A stretch of DNA of 29,542 bases. Source: a virus (Duplodnaviria > Caudoviricetes). The notes under the pieces were generated by a model that was not told where the DNA came from, did no database searches, and worked only from the letters and a program-made list of their open reading frames with translations. The translations under genes were made by a program, and so were the position numbers. Numbering within the stretch: position 1 is the stretch's first letter; every line of letters starts with the position of its first letter. Location: positions 1 to 29,542 of IMG/VR virus record IMGVR_UViG_3300048881_000246. The stretch is one strand, 5' to 3'. Shown piece after piece: positions 1 to 8,118 of this stretch.

Positions 1-299
1 GTTTGAATGTAGGTGGCTCTCTTTACCTTGGTGGCACTCAAATCACTGAGCTACCAGAGGGTTTGAATGTAGGTGGCTATCTTGACCTTGGTGGCACTCA
101 AATCACTGAGCTACCAGAGGGTTTGAATGTAGGTGGCTATCTTGACCTTGGTTGCACTCAAATCACTGAGCTACCAGAGGGTTTGAATGTAGGTGGCTCT
201 CTTGACCTTGGTGGCACTCAAATCACTGAGCTACCAGAGGGTTTGAATGTAGGTGGCTATCTTGACCTTTGTGGCACTCAAATCACTGAGCTACCAGAG
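1..299 (+). repeat. Tandem array of five 60-bp coding repeats (may continue upstream)
   Basis: Units at 1, 61, 121, 181 and 241 are identical except at unit positions 19, 24, 30 and 33. Confidence 0.98.
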
Positions 300-566
300 T
301 CATTTTCATGCGAATCGCTCTATCTAGCGCCTGAGAATTTCAAAGAGGTGGAAAGTAAGGCTAACTGCGGCGCTCACTCTAGAGCCATTTTTGTGTTGAT
401 AAATAAAGGTGAGTTCTACGTGGCAGCAGGATGCTTTTTTGACACGTTCACGAAATTCTGTGAAGCGGTTAACGGCAAATATTCGGGCGATTCCGCTGAA
501 AATTACATCGCTGACGCTCAAGAGTGCATTGACAAGCTTACAGCTAACTTGGCGAGCGCAGCATAA
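3..566 (+). CDS. 5'-truncated phage protein with 20-aa leucine-rich repeats and a C-terminal 'GCF' domain
   Basis: Five units of LNVGG[SY]L[YD]L[GC][GC]TQITELPE, then a non-repeat tail (RAIFVL...YVAAGCFFDTFTKFCEAV); the frame is open to the window edge. Confidence 0.8.
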   Translation: MNVGGSLYLGGTQITELPEGLNVGGYLDLGGTQITELPEGLNVGGYLDLGCTQITELPEGLNVGGSLDLGGTQITELPEGLNVGGYLDLCGTQITELPESFSCESLYLAPENFKEVESKANCGAHSRAIFVLINKGEFYVAAGCFFDTFTKFCEAVNGKYSGDSAENYIADAQECIDKLTANLASAA

Positions 567-648
567 ACCGCGCCCCCGAAGGGGCACACACCACGGCTGC
601 GAAGTTTTGGACAGACAGAGCAGCCATAAGCAACGAGGATGATAAACG

Positions 649-951
649 ATGGAAATCCGAACCACAAACACTAAAGGCTTATTTTGCCTTCAATGGCGTG
701 ATAGTGGCGTAAATGGCAGTGAGCATTTTACTCGCCTAGAAACTATCACCAATTCACGTGACACCGATGTAACGCTATGTCGTGAAGGTGTACCTGGCAC
801 AACGCTAAACATCGATTCTGATGCCGTAGACGCGTTTTTTGAAATGGCTAACAACGTTGATGTGCCTATTGATGTAATCAACCCTTTTCCAGCAACTGAA
901 ACAGTTCCATCGTCTGCCAAGGATGGCAACCCTATGGAGGACGCAGCGTGA
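649..951 (+). CDS. Hypothetical phage protein
   Basis: 100-aa ORF with GAGGA upstream, in operon orientation; its stop overlaps the next GTG (GTGA). Confidence 0.75.
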   Translation: MEIRTTNTKGLFCLQWRDSGVNGSEHFTRLETITNSRDTDVTLCREGVPGTTLNIDSDAVDAFFEMANNVDVPIDVINPFPATETVPSSAKDGNPMEDAA

Positions 952-1109
952 TTTTCGTTACTTACAAAGAGTATCACAAGGCGCTAACAGAAAAGCGCAT
1001 GTGGAAAACATTGGGGCTTCACGCAATGGTCGTTAACCGCCCTGACGGATGGAAAGTAAAAGTAATCGGTTTAGTGGAAAGTATTAAAGGAGCAAGTAAT
1101 CATGGGTAG
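948..1109 (+). CDS. Small hypothetical protein (53 aa; not in the ORF track)
   Basis: GGAGG at 936-940, GTG at 948, open to TAG at 1107-1109: MIFVTYKEYHKALTEKRMWKTLGLHAMVVNRPDGWKVKVIGLVESIKGASNHG; fills the gap and overlaps both neighbours. Confidence 0.7.
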   Translation: MIFVTYKEYHKALTEKRMWKTLGLHAMVVNRPDGWKVKVIGLVESIKGASNHG

Positions 1110-1839
1110 CACAGCATTAGCACAAGTGGCAAATCGCCTTGCAGTTTCAGAGCAAGAGTTAACAAACATTGTTTTTAATACGGTTATGCCAAGCGGCAAA
1201 CAAGTGAGCAATGAACAGTTCGTTTCATTCATGGCCGTAGCTAACGAGTACAAGCTTAATCCGCTTGTAAAGGAAATCTACGCCTTCCCAGCGAAAGGTG
1301 GCGGCATTCAGCCAATCGTTTCAATCGATGGCTGGCTAAAAATTATCACCAACCATGAACAGTTTGATGGTATGGAGCATGAAGACATTTTGGATGGCGG
1401 CAACTTGGTTGCTATCAAATGCTCTATTTATCGCAAAGATGCAAAGCGCCCTATTACTGTCACTGAGTACATGAGCGAATGTAAGCGCCCTACCGATACG
1501 TGGAAGCAGTGGCCGAATCGCATGTTGCGCCACAAAGCAACTATCCAAGCTGGTCGTTACGCATTTGGTATCAGCGGCATTGTTGACCCTGATGAAGCTG
1601 AGCGCATTAAGGATGCGGCTAGCGGCGAGCGTGAAATTAACCCAGCGCCAGCGAGTAACGAAAAGCCAGTTTACACGCAAGACCAGTTCAACGAGAACGC
1701 TAACAAAATGGCTAATGCCATCGGCGCAGGCAGAAAAACGCCTGAAGACTTTATACAAATGATTGAGTCGCAATTCACGCTGCCTGAAGAAATCAGACAG
1801 CAAATTGAAACCATTGTAGATGTGCCAGAGGAAGCATAA
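1102..1839 (+). CDS. bet: Lambda Red-beta-like single-strand annealing protein (RecT/Bet family)
   Basis: LNPLVKEIYAFP..GGGIQPIVSIDGW and W..WPNRMLRHKA motifs typical of Bet; adjacent to an exonuclease gene. Confidence 0.92.
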   Translation: MGSTALAQVANRLAVSEQELTNIVFNTVMPSGKQVSNEQFVSFMAVANEYKLNPLVKEIYAFPAKGGGIQPIVSIDGWLKIITNHEQFDGMEHEDILDGGNLVAIKCSIYRKDAKRPITVTEYMSECKRPTDTWKQWPNRMLRHKATIQAGRYAFGISGIVDPDEAERIKDAASGEREINPAPASNEKPVYTQDQFNENANKMANAIGAGRKTPEDFIQMIESQFTLPEEIRQQIETIVDVPEEA

Positions 1840-1841
1840 CC

Positions 1842-3539
1842 ATGAAGCATATTAATGTTACCCAGGGAAGCGAAGCTTGGCTAAAACTTCGCAAAGACTT
1901 TTTCACCGCATCAGAAGCACCAATGATGATGGGCGATCACAAAAACATTAGTCGCAACCAATTGCTAGATGCAAAGAAAGGCTGGACCACGATTGTAGAC
2001 GAGTATCTACAAAAGCTTTTCGATAAAGGCCATGCAACGGAAGAAGCGGCTCGCCCTCTTGCTGCCGCCGATGTAGGTGAAGACCTTTTTCCAGTTACCG
2101 GCTCGCTAGAAGTTGAAGGCTTAGCGTTACTTGCCAGCTTTGACGGTTTGACCATGTTTGACGATGTGTGTTTTGAGCATAAGCTTTTCAATAAAACGCT
2201 TGCTGAGAACGTGCTTAATAACGTGCTAGAGCCTCACTACTACTGGCAGTTAGAACAGCAACTTTTAGTGTCTGGTGCGGAAAAGTGTTTCTTCGTTACC
2301 AGTGATGGAACGAAAGACAACTGGCAAGCAATGTATTACGTGTCAGTTCCTGAAAGACGCGAAGCGCTTATTAAAGGCTGGAAGCAATTTGCCATTGATT
2401 TAGAAAGCCATGAGCCGCAAGCGAAAGTTGAGAAAGCTGTTACTTCTGGTCCAGTACGCGAACTGCCATCCATCAACTACAAAATTAATGGCTTAGCACT
2501 AGAGTCAAACCTAGAAGCGTACAAACAAGCTGCCACTGACCTTGTGGCGCTATCTGAAAAGCCGCTCGAATCAGACCAAGACTTTGCCGATGCCGAGGCG
2601 CGTCAAAAGGTTTTCACTAAAGCAGAGAAAGACATTAAGGACGCATGCGATCGCGTTATGGGTGAGATTGATTCAATCGATACCTTTGTAAAAGACATGC
2701 GCTTTATCTCTGAACAGATTCGTCAGGCGCGACTAGCTGAAGGTAAGCAAATCAAAGCGCGTAAAGAAGAATTGCGCGAAGAGATTCTTAACAAGGCTAA
2801 TCAGGAAGCTTCAAAGGCGCTTAATGAAGCAATGGCAAAAGTTAATGCCAAGCTACCTAACATAGACTTTAACCCAGCCGGTGCCATGAAAGGCAAACGC
2901 ACAATCGAGTCACTTCAAGACGCTGCTGACACCGAAGTAGCGAAAGCAAAAATCCAAATCGCTGAGTTTGTTGAACTGGCTATGGGCAATGCCCTACACC
3001 TTTCTACCCAAGCGCAAGGTTATGACTTCCTCTTTAACGACTGGGCCCAAATTGCTTTCAAAGCAACTGAAGACTTCAAGACGTTGGTAACGGCTCGCAT
3101 TGCAACTTACCAGGCTGAACAAAAAGCCAAAGAAGATGCAGAACGTGAACGCATTCGCCAAGAAGAGCAAGCGAAACTGCAACGTGAAGCTGAAGCGAAA
3201 GCGCGAGCAGAAGAACAAGCCAAGCGTGATGCGGAAGAGAAAGCCCGTTTTGATGCAGAGGCAGAAAGCAACAAGCAATACGTGGCAGCAACAAACCAGT
3301 TAGCACAGGAAGCCCCTACCCATGAGCCAAAAGAAGAAGTTCAACCAGAACCGCAAGCGAAGCCAGCGCCTAGCGTGGTTCGACAAGAACAAGCACCAAC
3401 GCGCCAATACTCAGTAATGGAGCTAAATGCTATGGATCAGCTAGCCAAGCTAGTTGAAGAAGCAAACAAGCCTTACGCCAGCGACTTACGCGAGTTCGTT
3501 GAATCGGTTAAGGCTAACAACTTGAAGAAGGTGGCTTAG
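1842..3539 (+). CDS. YqaJ/lambda-exonuclease-family protein with a long helical C-terminal extension
   Basis: QGSEAWL..R...TASE, ASFDG, FEHK and YYWQLEQQL motifs; charged coiled-coil C-terminus. Confidence 0.9.
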   Translation: MKHINVTQGSEAWLKLRKDFFTASEAPMMMGDHKNISRNQLLDAKKGWTTIVDEYLQKLFDKGHATEEAARPLAAADVGEDLFPVTGSLEVEGLALLASFDGLTMFDDVCFEHKLFNKTLAENVLNNVLEPHYYWQLEQQLLVSGAEKCFFVTSDGTKDNWQAMYYVSVPERREALIKGWKQFAIDLESHEPQAKVEKAVTSGPVRELPSINYKINGLALESNLEAYKQAATDLVALSEKPLESDQDFADAEARQKVFTKAEKDIKDACDRVMGEIDSIDTFVKDMRFISEQIRQARLAEGKQIKARKEELREEILNKANQEASKALNEAMAKVNAKLPNIDFNPAGAMKGKRTIESLQDAADTEVAKAKIQIAEFVELAMGNALHLSTQAQGYDFLFNDWAQIAFKATEDFKTLVTARIATYQAEQKAKEDAERERIRQEEQAKLQREAEAKARAEEQAKRDAEEKARFDAEAESNKQYVAATNQLAQEAPTHEPKEEVQPEPQAKPAPSVVRQEQAPTRQYSVMELNAMDQLAKLVEEANKPYASDLREFVESVKANNLKKVA

Positions 3540-3560
3540 GCCACCTCTGTAACTTTTCTT
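3529..3560 (+). terminator. Possible weak intrinsic terminator
   Basis: AGGTGGC-TTAG-GCCACCT hairpin over the stop codon, followed by an interrupted T-rich run. Confidence 0.35.
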
Positions 3561-3610
3561 ACTAAAAGGTAAAGAATATTACAGCCCCTTCGGGGCTGAG
3601 GATAAAAACC

Positions 3611-5083
3611 ATGAACTTATTCAAGGAATTGATTGTTGATAATTTTGCTGGGGGTGGCGGCGCATCTTCAGGTATAGAAATGGCAACGGGTAGAAGTGTT
3701 GATATTGCTATCAATCACGACCCTGATGCTATAGCTATGCATGCTATGAATCACCCTAGCACTAAACACTACTGCGAAAGCGTTTGGGATGTTAACCCAC
3801 GTGAAGCGGTTAATGGCTTGCCAGTTGGTTTATGCTGGTTCTCACCTGATTGCAAGCACTTTAGTAAAGCTAAAGGTGGAAAGCCAGTTGAAAAGAAAAT
3901 TCGCGGGTTAGCATGGGTTGCAGTTCGCTGGGCTGCGACTGTTAAGCCTCGAGTTATCATGCTGGAAAATGTAGAAGAATTTAAAACTTGGGGCCCAATA
4001 GTAGATGGCAAGCCATGCCCAGATCGTAAAGGAAAAACTTTTCAGTCATTTGTAAGAGCGCTAGAACGTCAAGGTTATAAAGTAGAATTCAAAGAGCTTC
4101 GCGCATGTGACTATGGTGCACCTACTATCCGCAAGCGTCTTTTCATGGTGGCTCGCCGTGATGGCATACCTATTGTTTGGCCTACACCTACGCACGGCAA
4201 ACCAGATTCACCAGAAGTTAAAAGCGGCAAGTTGAAGCCATGGCGCACTGCAGCTGAATGCATAGATTGGTCTATTCCCTGCCCTTCTATTTTCGAGCGC
4301 AAAAAGCCTTTGGCTGAAAACACACTTAAAAGGATTGCGAAAGGTATTCAAAAATTCATTGTTGAGTCAGATAGCCCTTATATCATTAAGAGTAAAGCTC
4401 CCTTGATAGTTGGAAGTGGGGGGCCTAAATACAGCGCTAAGCCTAGAAGTGTAGACCAGCCGATCAATACGTTGTGTATGACAAATCATAGTGCTTTGGT
4501 TGAACCTATCCTCGCTCCATTCATAACAAAATTTAGGAGCGGAAGTGTTGGCTTTCGAGTAGATACACCTGTTCATACAATAACTGCTGGGGGCGAACAA
4601 AAAAGACCGGGTACAGCTATAACTCAAGCGGTCGTAACTAGCCACTTAATCAAAATGCGTGGCACTAACATCGGCCACCGTGCAGATGAGCCAGCACACA
4701 CTATTACAGCCGGCGGGTTGCACTTGGGCGAAGTTAGAGCTTTTTTATTAAAGTATTACGGCACCAATATCGGCCACCCTGCCGATCAGCCACTTCAAAC
4801 TATCACAACCAAAGAACGCTTCGGATTAGTAACTATTCGCGGTGTCGATTATCAGATTGTTGATATCGGAATGCGCATGCTACAGCCGCGAGAACTATTT
4901 AAAGCACAAGGCTTTGCTGATGACTACATCATTGATGTTGATCCAAGCGGAAAGCCTATTTCAAAAACTAAGCAAGTAGCCAGGTGTGGCAATGCAGTAC
5001 CACCACCTTTTGCTAAAGCATTAGTAGAAGCAAACCTACCAGAACTTTGTGAAATTCCACAACGCAAGGAGCAAGCAGCATGA
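3611..5083 (+). CDS. Phage C5 cytosine DNA methyltransferase (orphan)
   Basis: Motif I DNFAGGGG, catalytic SPDC, motif VI ENV, motif VIII R.RLF and motif X GNAV; no cognate endonuclease nearby. Confidence 0.93.
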   Translation: MNLFKELIVDNFAGGGGASSGIEMATGRSVDIAINHDPDAIAMHAMNHPSTKHYCESVWDVNPREAVNGLPVGLCWFSPDCKHFSKAKGGKPVEKKIRGLAWVAVRWAATVKPRVIMLENVEEFKTWGPIVDGKPCPDRKGKTFQSFVRALERQGYKVEFKELRACDYGAPTIRKRLFMVARRDGIPIVWPTPTHGKPDSPEVKSGKLKPWRTAAECIDWSIPCPSIFERKKPLAENTLKRIAKGIQKFIVESDSPYIIKSKAPLIVGSGGPKYSAKPRSVDQPINTLCMTNHSALVEPILAPFITKFRSGSVGFRVDTPVHTITAGGEQKRPGTAITQAVVTSHLIKMRGTNIGHRADEPAHTITAGGLHLGEVRAFLLKYYGTNIGHPADQPLQTITTKERFGLVTIRGVDYQIVDIGMRMLQPRELFKAQGFADDYIIDVDPSGKPISKTKQVARCGNAVPPPFAKALVEANLPELCEIPQRKEQAA

Positions 5084-5268
5084 CCACAATCATAATAAAC
5101 AACAAGCCAATACGCATTCATGCCACTGTGGTAGCACGTGTTCAGAATCTACTAGAAGCGGGTGAAAGTATTGAAACGGTGCGCCAGAAAACAGGGCTTT
5201 CAAAAGGCCGCGCATCGGCATTAATCGACACTATTCAAGGTCAAGCACAAATGGGGAGAGTGGCGTGA
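5080..5268 (+). CDS. Small hypothetical protein, possible helix-turn-helix
   Basis: ATGA overlap, AAGGAG upstream; LLEAGESIETVRQKTGLSKGRAS is HTH-like. Confidence 0.7.
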   Translation: MTTIIINNKPIRIHATVVARVQNLLEAGESIETVRQKTGLSKGRASALIDTIQGQAQMGRVA

Positions 5269-5705
5269 ATAAGCAGCAAGTAAAAGAACTAGCTTTATCC
5301 AACGGATTTAAGTTAAAGCAGCAACCCAGCGGCGAAATGGATTTAAACCCGTATGTTTATGAGTTTGTGGATGCACTACTATCAAAGGCTAATGAGCGTG
5401 TAAAAAGTCTAGAGCAAACTAACCTTGAGTTAGCTGCCAATGTGGAATCCTGTTGCGAGTTGGTTGATATGGATATGGGTGCAGCTATTGAGCGTCTATT
5501 TGAGATAGACAACACCGAGTCGAAAGCACTGCTTAACAAATTCGCCATAGAGAAGAAGATTGACCTGTTGAGTAAGATGGTTTCTAGCGCGAGCGATTAT
5601 ATGTTTAACCACGACAAATTAGATATACGCGCAAACCATCTCGATATGCTTCTCAAAAACTTCTGTAATTACCACAGAGAACAACTACGCAAGGAGCAAG
5701 AGTGA
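5265..5705 (+). CDS. Hypothetical accessory protein (coiled-coil; KANER and EQLRKEQ boxes)
   Basis: GTGA overlap; N-terminal ELALSNGFKLKQQPSGEMDLNPYVY is a phage-like small domain. Confidence 0.8.
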   Translation: MNKQQVKELALSNGFKLKQQPSGEMDLNPYVYEFVDALLSKANERVKSLEQTNLELAANVESCCELVDMDMGAAIERLFEIDNTESKALLNKFAIEKKIDLLSKMVSSASDYMFNHDKLDIRANHLDMLLKNFCNYHREQLRKEQE

Positions 5706-5839
5706 TGGCTTTGTGGTCAGACGGCAAAACAAACGAAGAAATTCAAAAACTATCAGAAGTTGATAGCAGCTCTGTCGCATACAACCTGCACGAAGACTTG
5801 CTATGTGTAAAAGAAGATTTAGCAAAGGCTAATGAGCGT
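5383..5839 (+). repeat. 17-bp direct repeat CAAAGGCTAATGAGCGT (5383-5399 and 5823-5839)
   Basis: Exact matches read from the sequence. Confidence 0.92.
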
Positions 5840-6120
5840 TGTAGGGAGTTGGAGGCTAGATACGCTGAACTTCGTAATAAAGTCGGGATTTCTTCGGCTA
5901 ACATTGAATTAGAAATGAACAACAAAAACCATAGAAATAAAATCCTAAGTCAAGCAAAGATTGAGGTGCTTCAAAAGATAAAATCAAAAGCTGTTGAACT
6001 AATGCATAAAAATTGGATTATTAGTCAATCTCCAAGCGTAGAAAAGTTGATGGTGCAGCCTGTTTGGTTAAGCACGGATATTATTGATTCAGAAATAGAA
6101 CAACTACGCAAGGAGCAAGA
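5678..6120 (+). repeat. 24-bp direct repeat AGAACAACTACGCAAGGAGCAAGA (5678-5701 and 6097-6120); 14-bp partial copy at 5062-5075
   Basis: Exact matches read from the sequence. Confidence 0.92.
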
Positions 6121-6130
6121 CAGTGACTAA
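5702..6130 (+). CDS. Hypothetical accessory protein sharing DNA boxes with the upstream gene
   Basis: AAGGAG RBS, overlapping start/stop; KANER and EQLRKEQ motifs. Confidence 0.8.
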   Translation: MMALWSDGKTNEEIQKLSEVDSSSVAYNLHEDLLCVKEDLAKANERCRELEARYAELRNKVGISSANIELEMNNKNHRNKILSQAKIEVLQKIKSKAVELMHKNWIISQSPSVEKLMVQPVWLSTDIIDSEIEQLRKEQDSD

Positions 6131-6344
6131 ACGGATCGGAATTTTAGGCGGCGGTTCTATGACCGCTGAAGTTGCGGCAATAGTTGCTGGCTTTGGGCAT
6201 GAAGTGATGATTGAGGATAAGCCTAAGTTTCAACCTTTAAGAAACCAGTATAAGCCGTTAGATATGAGCGGTTTTCGTCAACCGGTTAATGCTTACCAAG
6301 CAAAGCAGCGTAAGCGTAAATTAAAGCGTAGAGGTGGAAAGTAA
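6123..6344 (+). CDS. Small hypothetical protein with a basic C-terminus
   Basis: AAGGAG RBS, overlaps the upstream stop, abuts the next gene. Confidence 0.7.
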   Translation: MTKRIGILGGGSMTAEVAAIVAGFGHEVMIEDKPKFQPLRNQYKPLDMSGFRQPVNAYQAKQRKRKLKRRGGK

Positions 6345-6566
6345 GTGAAAGCACTAACCCCCCAAGAATATGCCGATGAAGTATGGGGCGGCTCTGTAAC
6401 TTCAAGAACGGTGCGCAATTGGATCAACGCGGGTAAGAAACTTAAGGGTGTTTCTCGCGTTGAAACCACGCCAACGGGAAGAATGGCTATATTTATGGAA
6501 GAAAGCAATCAATCGAACGTACAAAGCTTGGTTGATATGATGAGAGCAAAGCAAAAGGCAGCGTAG
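6345..6566 (+). CDS. xis: Excisionase-like winged-HTH protein
   Basis: 73 aa; LTPQEYA...VTSRTVRNWI.AGK pattern; immediately upstream of the integrase. Confidence 0.75.
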   Translation: MKALTPQEYADEVWGGSVTSRTVRNWINAGKKLKGVSRVETTPTGRMAIFMEESNQSNVQSLVDMMRAKQKAA

Positions 6567-6569
6567 CAA

Positions 6570-7697
6570 ATGGCACCGCGAAGAAGAAATATTAAAAATA
6601 GTGACTTACCAACTGGGTTAGTGGTAAAGGAAGTGCGGGGCGTTGAGCGCTTCCGCTTTCGTTACCCTAATGGTAAAGATTTCTATTTCCCTATTGGCAC
6701 TAAAAGAAGGGATGCCATACAAGCCACGCTTACTTTTAATATGGAGCTCCGTTCACCAGAAAAGCTACGCATGCAACGTGAAGATAAGTATAACCAACCG
6801 CTTGATTACTGGTTGCCAAAAGTTAAAAAACGCATATTAGACGATGCGCCTTTAGGCGCCAATGCAAAGCAACAGTTCGAAAGCAATTATGAATTTTTAC
6901 TCGAGCATTTTGGTGGCGTTTATTCTAAGTCGATTACGCTAGAAACGGTTAACGACTTCTTAGCGCTTGCTGCAGATGGCAAAAGTAACAACGTTTACAA
7001 CAGAAAGCTTGGGTTCTTGCGCAAAATATTTAAGTACCTGGTAGATGAATCGGCTATGAAAGTGAATTTTGCCGAGCAAAAGCTTACTCGTACTAAAGAG
7101 AAGAAAAAGCGCCAGCGGTTAAAATTGGAAGATTTCAAGAAAATGCTAGCGGCCAGTGCCGCCGACACCAATTTACATTGGCTAAATATTGCAATGCGCT
7201 TATCACTGCAAACCACGCATGCAACACTTGAAGTAAGCCGCATGAAATACCGTGATATTAAAGATGGGCACATTCGCATTCATCGCCAAAAGGTGCAGCA
7301 TAAAGAAGCATCGCGGGTTGAGATACCAGTAACCGCTGAACTGCAAAAGGTTATTGATGAAAGTAAAGGGTTACTATGCCCTTACATTGTTAACCGGGTT
7401 GGCCGTTACCGAGACCAAATAGGTGAAGGGTGTGATCATCCATTCCAAGTTTCTAGCAAACATATAAGCCGTGAGTTTTCAAAGTTGCGTGATTCGCTAG
7501 GCATTACTGCGAACCTAGAGAAAGAAGAACGCCCAACATTTCACGAAATACGTGCGCTATCTATTCACTTGTTTGATAAAGCTGGCGTTGACCCACAATC
7601 GAGAGCAGCGCACAGTGATGCAAAATCGACAAAAATTTACAAAGAGAACCACGTTGAATGGGTTCGTGTTCCAGCTGCTGAATTGAATATAGGATAA
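6570..7697 (+). CDS. int: Lambda-family tyrosine integrase
   Basis: MAPRRR arm-binding N-terminus, RQK, PTFHEIRAL (HxxR) and AHSDAKSTKIY (H, Y); next to attP. Confidence 0.92.
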   Translation: MAPRRRNIKNSDLPTGLVVKEVRGVERFRFRYPNGKDFYFPIGTKRRDAIQATLTFNMELRSPEKLRMQREDKYNQPLDYWLPKVKKRILDDAPLGANAKQQFESNYEFLLEHFGGVYSKSITLETVNDFLALAADGKSNNVYNRKLGFLRKIFKYLVDESAMKVNFAEQKLTRTKEKKKRQRLKLEDFKKMLAASAADTNLHWLNIAMRLSLQTTHATLEVSRMKYRDIKDGHIRIHRQKVQHKEASRVEIPVTAELQKVIDESKGLLCPYIVNRVGRYRDQIGEGCDHPFQVSSKHISREFSKLRDSLGITANLEKEERPTFHEIRALSIHLFDKAGVDPQSRAAHSDAKSTKIYKENHVEWVRVPAAELNIG

Positions 7698-7700
7698 GTA

Positions 7701-8012
7701 ATGAAAGAACTACCTCAAGAAACAGTATCACACCTTCACAATCAACTGATAAAGCTGGGAGATATGATGGGGGATGGTCTACACCTTGAACCAGACGGAA
7801 AGTGGATTTCTTCGGAATATCGAAAAATTTGCAAGACTCTTGGTTACATCAAGCCAACAAAGAGAAATGTCAGCGGTATAAACGAGCGCATGGCGCAAAG
7901 AACGAAAGATGTTAGTTGTGGTAAGTGCGGTGGAAATTTAATTCAAACGCGATCTGGTTCTAAAAGGGCCAAGTGTGAATCTTGCGGGGCAAAGTGGCAA
8001 CTTTTGAAGTAA
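7701..8012 (+). CDS. Hypothetical protein with a C-terminal Zn ribbon
   Basis: AGGA RBS; CGKC...CESC. Confidence 0.8.
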   Translation: MKELPQETVSHLHNQLIKLGDMMGDGLHLEPDGKWISSEYRKICKTLGYIKPTKRNVSGINERMAQRTKDVSCGKCGGNLIQTRSGSKRAKCESCGAKWQLLK

Positions 8013-8021
8013 AGCCTTAAC

Positions 8022-8060
8022 ACTGTATAAGGGTACGGAAAGGGTACGGAAAGGGTACGC
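8022..8060 (+). repeat. Putative integrase arm-type sites (three AAGGGTACG copies, 11-bp period)
   Basis: ACTGTATAAGGGTACGGAAAGGGTACGGAAAGGGTACGC; the first 17 bp recur at 8303-8319. Confidence 0.75.
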
Positions 8061-8090
8061 GAGAAAGTTGGTTGTTTTTGGAAAATTGCG

Positions 8091-8103
8091 TAAGTTATTG
8101 AAA
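8091..8103 (-). promoter_or_regulatory. IHF-like site (one mismatch)
   Basis: Reverse complement TTTCAATAACTTA versus WATCAANNNNTTR. Confidence 0.55.
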
Positions 8104-8118
8104 TGGGGAAGGTAAAGT

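Noticed and set aside
1-299. CRISPR array or DGR template/variable repeat
   Set aside because: The repeats are contiguous in-frame coding units with no spacers, the variation is not adenine-specific, and no reverse transcriptase lies in the window
3611-5083. Restriction-modification system
   Set aside because: No recognisable endonuclease is adjacent; the context fits an orphan phage methylase
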